From: Casimicrobiaceae bacterium
GTDB taxonomy: Bacteria > Pseudomonadota > Gammaproteobacteria > Burkholderiales > Casimicrobiaceae
Reading direction: 5' to 3'
NCBI GenBank assembly: GCA_035536295.1
Contig: DATLOI010000127.1
Location: 26,493 to 90,492, forward strand
DNA: 64,000 nt
The translations under genes and the position numbers were made by a program. The notes beneath the pieces were generated by a model. That model ran no database searches, was not told the origin of the DNA, and saw nothing but the letters and a program-made list of their open reading frames with translations. Positions 58,195 to 64,000 of this stretch are shown here, in pieces (the stretch's first letter is position 1; each line of letters begins with the position of its first letter).

Positions 58195-60086
58195 CGTCCG
58201 CGCCGCTTCATACGCACTCGCTGCAACGCGCCGCCGATGCCGAGCGGAAACGCGAGCACGATCAGGAGTATCGCGATCCCGGTGATGGCGCGCCAATAAT
58301 CGGTTGCCCGCGCAAGCGTGTCCTGCAGCCAGGTGAAAATCGCGGCGCCGACGAGCGGACCTGCAAGCGCGTTGAGTCCGCCCAGCAAGACGATCACCAG
58401 AGCATCAACCGAGCGCGGAATCGCCAGCACCTCGGGCGAGATGCTGCCTTTCGAGAATGCGAACAAGCCGCCGGCCAGTCCTGCGAAAGCACCGGCGAGC
58501 GCGAATGCGCGCCATTGCGTGCCGCGCACGTCGATGCCGATCGCCGCGGCGCGCAGCGGTGAATCACGCGCTGCACGCAACGCATAACCGAATGGCGCAT
58601 GCGCGATCGCGACCAGTGCTGCAAGTGCAATCGCAATCGGTACGAGGGAGAAGAGGTAGTAGTGGGATCGCGTGGCGAGCATCGCAGGCGGCCAAATCCC
58701 GACGATGCCGTTGCTGCCGCCGGTCACAGCGTCCCACTGAAAAGCGATCGACCATACGATTTGCGCGAAGGCGAGCGTCAACATTGCCAGATAAACGCCC
58801 GCGAGCCGCACTGCGAAGCCGCCGAGCATCAGCGCGGCGAGCAATGCGACGGATGGCGCAGTGATGAGTGCGACAGACATCGGCCAGCCATGCTTGAACG
58901 CAATCGCTGCAGCGTAGGCACCGATCCCGAAGAACGCGGCATGCCCGAAGCTCGTCATACCGCCGGGTCCCATGATGAATTGCAGGCTTGCGGCAAACAA
59001 TGCGACAACCAGAATGTCGGTGGCCAGCACCATCGCATATTGGTCGCCGAACATCGGCAACGCAGCGAGTATCGCGAACAGCACAAGTGACACGACCGTC
59101 GTGCGCCGGCCCGGTGCGATGACCAGCGCACGTTGCTCTGGCAGCGGCGTCGTCGCGGGCGCGGCAGGGGGCTTTCCCATCAATCCATGCGGCTTCAGCG
59201 CAAGAACGATCGCCATCACGATGAACTCGGCAACGAGCGTCAGCTTCGGAAACGCGATCGTCAGTCCCGCAATTTCCACGCTGCCAAGCGCGATACACAA
59301 CGCTTTGGTGAGCCCGATGATCAGCGCCGCGACAAACGCGCCCGGAATCGAACCGAGCCCGCCGACGACGGTGACCACGAACGCTTCCGCGACGACGGCG
59401 AGATCCATGTTGAGATTGGCAGGCTCGCGCGGCAATTGCAGCGCGCCTCCGAGCCCAGCGAGAAACGCGCCGAATGCAAACACCGACGTGTAAAGCAGTG
59501 CTTGACGAACGCCGAGCGCCGCGGCGAGCGTTCTGTTTTCCGAAGCCGCGCGAATCAGCACGCCAAAGCGCGTGCGTGTAACGAGCGCGGTCAGCGCCCA
59601 CAGCAAGAGCGGTCCGAGTACGATCAAGAACAGGTCGTATTCGGGAACGCGATGGCTGCCGATCAGCAATGCGTCATCGAGATTGGGAACGCGCGGTCCG
59701 AGCTTGTCTTCGGCGCCCCACACCGCCAGCGCCACATCGCGAACGATCAGTACGACACCGAACGTCGCGGTGAGCTGCAGAAGCTCGGGGGCGTCGTAAA
59801 GGCGCTTCAACAGCACGATCTCGATCAGCGCGCCGATCAGCGCAACGATCAAAGCAGCGCCAAGAACGCTTGACCAATGGGCGAGATGACCGTCTCCGGC
59901 GATTTCCGCCAACGATTCACCGAGATTCCACGCGAGATACGCACCCAGCATGTACAGCGAGCCGTGCGCGAAGTTGACGATGCGCGTGACGCCGAAGATC
60001 AGCGTCAACCCGGCGGCGACCAGAAACAGCGATGAAGCGGAAGAAAGTCCGTTGAGAAGCTGAAGGGCGAAGGAGGCTGGCGTCAC
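58191..60086 (-). CDS. Fused branched-chain-amino-acid-type ABC permease (LivH-like + LivM-like halves)
   Basis: 631 aa. LivH-type N-terminus (LLNGLSSASSLFLVAAGLTLIFGVTRIVNFAHGSLYMLGAY) followed by a second permease module. Confidence 0.85.
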   Translation of the reverse strand: MTPASFALQLLNGLSSASSLFLVAAGLTLIFGVTRIVNFAHGSLYMLGAYLAWNLGESLAEIAGDGHLAHWSSVLGAALIVALIGALIEIVLLKRLYDAPELLQLTATFGVVLIVRDVALAVWGAEDKLGPRVPNLDDALLIGSHRVPEYDLFLIVLGPLLLWALTALVTRTRFGVLIRAASENRTLAAALGVRQALLYTSVFAFGAFLAGLGGALQLPREPANLNMDLAVVAEAFVVTVVGGLGSIPGAFVAALIIGLTKALCIALGSVEIAGLTIAFPKLTLVAEFIVMAIVLALKPHGLMGKPPAAPATTPLPEQRALVIAPGRRTTVVSLVLFAILAALPMFGDQYAMVLATDILVVALFAASLQFIMGPGGMTSFGHAAFFGIGAYAAAIAFKHGWPMSVALITAPSVALLAALMLGGFAVRLAGVYLAMLTLAFAQIVWSIAFQWDAVTGGSNGIVGIWPPAMLATRSHYYLFSLVPIAIALAALVAIAHAPFGYALRAARDSPLRAAAIGIDVRGTQWRAFALAGAFAGLAGGLFAFSKGSISPEVLAIPRSVDALVIVLLGGLNALAGPLVGAAIFTWLQDTLARATDYWRAITGIAILLIVLAFPLGIGGALQRVRMKRRGR

Positions 60087-60147
60087 TGCGGTCGATTGGC
60101 GCGCGTCGCACGAGGCCGCGCGATTCTAACCGAGCCTGCGAGCAATC

Positions 60148-60723
60148 TCAGCGACGCGCGGCCAGAAAGTGCGCCAGCGCATCGATGTCCGCATTCGACA
60201 CGCCATGCAGCACCGCCGCCATGATCGTGTCGCCGCCGCTGCGCTTGCCATCGCGAAATTCGCGCATCGACGTGACGAGAAACTCTACGCGCTGCCCCGC
60301 AAGTCGTGGCACCTGGTTTTGGCCGCGGTAATCGGAAAGATGACATACGCCGCAGTGCAAACCGCGCGCGACCTCTGCGCCGCGCTTTGCGAGTGCAGCG
60401 TCGGTTCTGACGGTCGACGACGGCTTCGACGGCAGCTTCGAAAAATGCTCGGCCAGTTGCGTGATCTCCGCGTCCTTCATTCCGGCGACGATCGGTTGCA
60501 TCACGGGCGACACCCGCATGCCTTCGCGAATCAGCACGAGCTGGTTTTCGAGAAACGTCTTCGGTTGCGCGGCGATCGACGGCACGCCCGAGGTCATCGA
60601 ATTGCCGCCTGGCCCGTGGCAACTCGTGCACAACTCTTGCGCCGTCGACATGGAAACGAAGGCTAGAGCGACAACGGCGGCGAGCAGGATGCCCGCCCGC
60701 CGCGCGTTGCCGAGCGAACGCAT
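60148..60723 (-). CDS. Dihaem cytochrome c (c4-like)
   Basis: ATG 60723, signal peptide, two CXXCH motifs (CTSCH, CGVCH). Confidence 0.85.
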   Translation of the reverse strand: MRSLGNARRAGILLAAVVALAFVSMSTAQELCTSCHGPGGNSMTSGVPSIAAQPKTFLENQLVLIREGMRVSPVMQPIVAGMKDAEITQLAEHFSKLPSKPSSTVRTDAALAKRGAEVARGLHCGVCHLSDYRGQNQVPRLAGQRVEFLVTSMREFRDGKRSGGDTIMAAVLHGVSNADIDALAHFLAARR

Positions 60724-61949
60724 TACTTCTTCGCGGCGCGAGACTTGTCGTAGCTGATGCGATAGATCGCGCCGAGCTGCTCGTCGCTCACCAGCAGCGA
60801 GCCATCCGGAAGCTGTGCGATGTACGCGGGACGCCCCCAGAACTTGTAGCTGTCGTTGCTTTCCGAAAAGCCGGTGAGGAAAGGCTTGACGCTCGCCGTC
60901 TTGCCATCCGTCCCGACGCGAACGTTCACGACATCGAACCCGTTCGGCTTGGTGCGGTTCCACGAACCCTTGCGCGCAATGAACATCGTGTTCTGATACT
61001 CGGCAGGGAACATCGAGCCCGTATAGAACTTGACACCCATCACCGCCGAGTGCGGACCGAGCAGCGCCGCCGGCTTTTCGACTCCCGCGCATGCATTGGC
61101 CTTCTTGAACTCGGAGTCGGGCCTGCCTTCCGCGTGGCAATACGGGAATCCGTAGAAGTTGCCCGGCTTGGCGAGACGATTGAGCTCATCACTCGGGCCG
61201 TCATCCCCCATCCAGTCGCGACCGTGGTCGCCAAACCACAGCTCCTTGGTTTTCGGATGCCAGTCGAAGCCGACGGTATTGCGCACGCCCGTCGCGATCA
61301 CTTCCTTGCCCGTTCCGTCGGCGTTGTAACGGCGGATTTGCGCGTATTCCTTTTCAGGCTCGCAAATGTTGCAAGGCGCGCCGAACGGCACATACAGCTT
61401 GCCATCGGGACCGAACGCCACATATTTCCAGTTGTGATGCTGTTGCGGCGGCAGCTCGAACGTCGCGGTCATGTCCTGCGCTTGCGCGCCCGGATTCGTC
61501 GCGATGCCGTCGTAGCGCAACACCTTGTCGATCGCGAAAACGTAGAGCGCATTGTTGCGATAGGCGACACCCGCGGGCTGCGTGAGCTTGTCGACGACGA
61601 CGCGCACCGTGCGTTTGTCGCCTGCATCGGTCACTTCGTACACGCGACCGATTCCACGCGTGCCGACATAAATCTTCCTGCCGTCGTCGGACACCGCCAT
61701 CGCGCGCCCGCCGGGAAGCCCGCTTGCCCACACTTCCACCTTGAAGCCGGGGGGTGCCTTCAACTTGTCGACCGGAATTTCGCCGACCGGAGTCTCGGTC
61801 ATCTTACCCGCATGTGGTGCGAGCTTCGAATCCTTGTACTTGTCGCCCATTCCCTGCTTCCACGCAGGCGGGGGTGCTGGCTTGTCCTGCGCCTGCGCAG
61901 CGACCGCGACCAGCGCGCCCATCACGACAACGGCGATCCCGTTACGCAT
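60723..61949 (-). CDS. PQQ-dependent sugar (glucose/sorbosone) dehydrogenase family protein
   Basis: ATG 61949 preceded by GGAGGAG. Signal peptide. Beta-propeller sGDH/sorbosone-dehydrogenase-like sequence (FGDHGRDWMGDDGPSDELN, YGFPYCH). Confidence 0.8.
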   Translation of the reverse strand: MRNGIAVVVMGALVAVAAQAQDKPAPPPAWKQGMGDKYKDSKLAPHAGKMTETPVGEIPVDKLKAPPGFKVEVWASGLPGGRAMAVSDDGRKIYVGTRGIGRVYEVTDAGDKRTVRVVVDKLTQPAGVAYRNNALYVFAIDKVLRYDGIATNPGAQAQDMTATFELPPQQHHNWKYVAFGPDGKLYVPFGAPCNICEPEKEYAQIRRYNADGTGKEVIATGVRNTVGFDWHPKTKELWFGDHGRDWMGDDGPSDELNRLAKPGNFYGFPYCHAEGRPDSEFKKANACAGVEKPAALLGPHSAVMGVKFYTGSMFPAEYQNTMFIARKGSWNRTKPNGFDVVNVRVGTDGKTASVKPFLTGFSESNDSYKFWGRPAYIAQLPDGSLLVSDEQLGAIYRISYDKSRAAKK

Positions 61950-61982
61950 CGTTCTCCTCCTTCTTGTCATTCGGCAAGTTCA

Positions 61983-63170
61983 CTACTTGCCAGGGCGTAG
62001 CTTCCTCGCTTCCTCATCCGACGGCAACACGTCCTTGCCGTCGACATAGCGCCAGTCGACCATCACGCCCTTGCCGTCGCGCACCGCCGTGCGCCCGACA
62101 TACGCTCCCATCGTCGACTGATGATCGGAGGCACGAAAGCGAATGCGGCCGAATGGAGTTTCCACCGGCAGTTCGTCCATCGCTGCCAAGAGCTTCGCCG
62201 TATCGGTCGAGCCGGCTTTGCGCAAGGCTGCCGCCGCACTCGCCACGACGCTGTAACCGACGACCGAGCCGAGCCGGGGATAGTCGTTGTACTTCTTTTG
62301 ATAGGCATCGCGAAAGCGCTGATGCTCGGGGGTCTCGATCGAATACCACGGGTAGCCGGTCACCGACCAGCCGACCGGCGCTTCCTCTTTCAATGGATCG
62401 AGATATTCGGGCTCGCCGCCCAGGAGATTGAACACCGGACGATCCTTGAAAAGGCCGCGCAGCGTTCCTTCACGCACGAAGCGCGCGAGATCGGGACCGA
62501 ACAGCGACGAAAAAATCGCGTCGGGCCTGGCGTCGATCAGCGCTTGCACCACCGGACCCGGCTCGATCTTGCCCAGCGGCGCGGCCTGCTCGACGAATTC
62601 CACACCCGGCGTCAGCGCGCTCATCTGGCGCTTGAACGTCGCAGTCGCAGCTTGTCCGTACTCGTAATTCGGATACACGATCGCCCAGCGCTTCTTGCCG
62701 AGCTTCGCCGCTTCGGGCACGAGCATCGCGGTTTGCATATAGGTCGACGCGCGCAGACGATAGGTGTACGCGTTGCCGTTGTCCCACACGATCTTGTCGG
62801 TCAATGGCTCCGAGGCGAGAAACAAGACGCGCCGCTGGTTGGCGAGATCGGCCACGGCGAGTCCGACGTTCGACGCGAACGTGCCCATCAACAGCACGAC
62901 CTTCTCGCGCGCGATCAACTCCTCGGCAACCCGCACGGCATCGCCCGGATTCCCGTTGTCGTCGCGCACGACGATCTCGAGCTTGCGACCGAGCACGCCA
63001 CCCGCGGCGTTGATCTCGTCCTGGGCGAGCTCCATTCCCTTTCGATACGGCTCGAGAAACGCCGGGAAGACCTTGTAGCTGTTCAGCTCACCGAGCTTGA
63101 TCGTCGGCTGGGCGAACGCGGCCGGCGCCAGCGCGGCGGCGAGAAACGCAACCCGAACGAACCTGATCAC
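61983..63170 (-). CDS. ABC transporter substrate-binding protein (LivK/Peripla_BP_6 type)
   Basis: GTG 63170 preceded by GAGAGGAGAG. Signal peptide VIRFVRVAFLAAALAPAAFA. Leu/Ile/Val-binding-protein-like sequence. Confidence 0.85.
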   Translation of the reverse strand: MIRFVRVAFLAAALAPAAFAQPTIKLGELNSYKVFPAFLEPYRKGMELAQDEINAAGGVLGRKLEIVVRDDNGNPGDAVRVAEELIAREKVVLLMGTFASNVGLAVADLANQRRVLFLASEPLTDKIVWDNGNAYTYRLRASTYMQTAMLVPEAAKLGKKRWAIVYPNYEYGQAATATFKRQMSALTPGVEFVEQAAPLGKIEPGPVVQALIDARPDAIFSSLFGPDLARFVREGTLRGLFKDRPVFNLLGGEPEYLDPLKEEAPVGWSVTGYPWYSIETPEHQRFRDAYQKKYNDYPRLGSVVGYSVVASAAAALRKAGSTDTAKLLAAMDELPVETPFGRIRFRASDHQSTMGAYVGRTAVRDGKGVMVDWRYVDGKDVLPSDEEARKLRPGK

Positions 63171-63249
63171 TCGAACTCTCCTCTCAGAGAAGTATGCGCG
63201 GGCCACAACGCGCGAGGCGTGCGATCCGTTGACCCATGGGCGCGCCGCC

Positions 63250-64000
63250 TCAGTCGTCGGCTCCAACCGGACGCGGAGGGGGCGGTCGCTTGACACGCGT
63301 AAACAGGAGCGCAATGACACCGACGAGCATGACGATGAGCGACACGTGCACCGCGTTACGGCTTATCGCATAAGTGACGCTCGAATAGGCGAGCCACGCG
63401 CACGAGGCGCAAAACACGATCGGCGTGATCGGATACAGCGGGACGCGAAACGGTCGCTCGGTTGCTGCATCGCTTACCCGCAGCTTGAACAGCGCGATAC
63501 CGACGAGAAAGAGGAAAGTCCAGAAAACGGGTGCGGTGAACTCGACCATCGCCTTGAAGCCATCTTGCTGGAATGAACCGAACACGATGAGGGCGAGCGC
63601 TATCACCGCTTGCACGATTAGCGCGGCAAACGGCGTACCCCGCTCAGCGATCCAGCCGCCCATGAAACGCAGCGCGGGCCAATCGCGGCCCATCGCATAA
63701 TTGGTACGCGCGCCGACGATCATTGTCGCGTTGATCGAGGTAAGCGCTGCAATCGCGACCACCAGCGAAATAAGTTGAGCGCCACGCAATCCAAACGCTC
63801 GCTCCATGACATCGGCCCCCGCTGCCTTGCTGTCAGCAAGCCCCTTGAGGCCCAGGCCGTGCAGCATCGAGATGTTCACGACGACATAAATCGCGGCGAG
63901 AATGGCAAGGCTTGCAATCAGCACCGGAACGATCGCGCGACGACCGCCTTTAAGCTCGGCGGAGATGTAGGCCGCTTCGTTCCAGCCGCCGTAGGTGAAA
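63250..64000 (-). CDS. APC-family amino acid permease, C-terminal part; 5' end outside the window
   Basis: Frame stays open to the window edge (FTYGGWNEAAYISAELKGGRRAIV...). Multiple TM segments. Confidence 0.75.
   Translation of the reverse strand, partial: FTYGGWNEAAYISAELKGGRRAIVPVLIASLAILAAIYVVVNISMLHGLGLKGLADSKAAGADVMERAFGLRGAQLISLVVAIAALTSINATMIVGARTNYAMGRDWPALRFMGGWIAERGTPFAALIVQAVIALALIVFGSFQQDGFKAMVEFTAPVFWTFLFLVGIALFKLRVSDAATERPFRVPLYPITPIVFCASCAWLAYSSVTYAISRNAVHVSLIVMLVGVIALLFTRVKRPPPPRPVGADD

Overview
GC-rich chromosomal segment (GC not computed) with betaproteobacterial, Burkholderiales-like gene order. I recognised no rRNA, tRNA, CRISPR array, transposase, integrase or phage genes by eye. 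Layout: (1) 1-6.7 kb is a housekeeping block, lepA-lepB-DUF4845-rnc-era-recO-pdxJ-nagZ, with several 4-nt start/stop overlaps. (2) 6.7-10.6 kb holds an IclR regulator and a TRAP transporter with an internal terminator. (3) 10.6-11.6 kb is a decayed PF04392-type binding-protein pseudogene. (4) 11.6-36.8 kb is built around 2-aminoethylphosphonate (AEP) catabolism of the phnW/phnY/phnA type. It contains a tightly coupled minus-strand operon (GntR regulator, phnA, phnY, class-III aminotransferase-like gene, Na/Pi-PhoU transporter) and a divergent AEP-type ABC importer. It also contains two paralogous dimethylglycine-dehydrogenase-like (FAD + folate-binding GcvT fold) enzymes, a GbcA-like Rieske oxygenase, Bug/TctC binding proteins, DapA-like and enolase-superfamily genes, a PLD/cardiolipin synthase, and phnW. 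(5) 36.8-40.9 kb holds NUDIX, HAD, folD and membrane proteins. (6) 40.9-47.6 kb is a urate/ureide block: urate hydroxylase PuuD, a uraD-allC fusion, an M20 hydrolase, a glyoxylate carboligase relic and glxR. (7) 47.6-53.9 kb is a gamma-glutamylation operon (GS-like ligase, family-5 binding protein, Fe-alcohol dehydrogenase, C26 gamma-glutamyl hydrolase, aldehyde dehydrogenase). (8) 53.9-57.4 kb holds EamA, gnd, gntK and metC. (9) 57.4-63.2 kb is a Liv-type ABC operon interrupted by a PQQ dehydrogenase and a dihaem cytochrome c. (10) The window ends in a partial APC permease. The best candidate for an undescribed system is the Rieske oxygenase plus two DMGDH-like flavoenzymes wrapped around the phn genes. 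This could be a folate-linked N-demethylation route feeding methylated aminophosphonates into PhnW-PhnY-PhnA. That is an inference from context and needs database and experimental checks. Many long arginine/alanine-rich ORFs in the track are antisense or out-of-frame artefacts of the GC-rich sequence and are not reported as genes.
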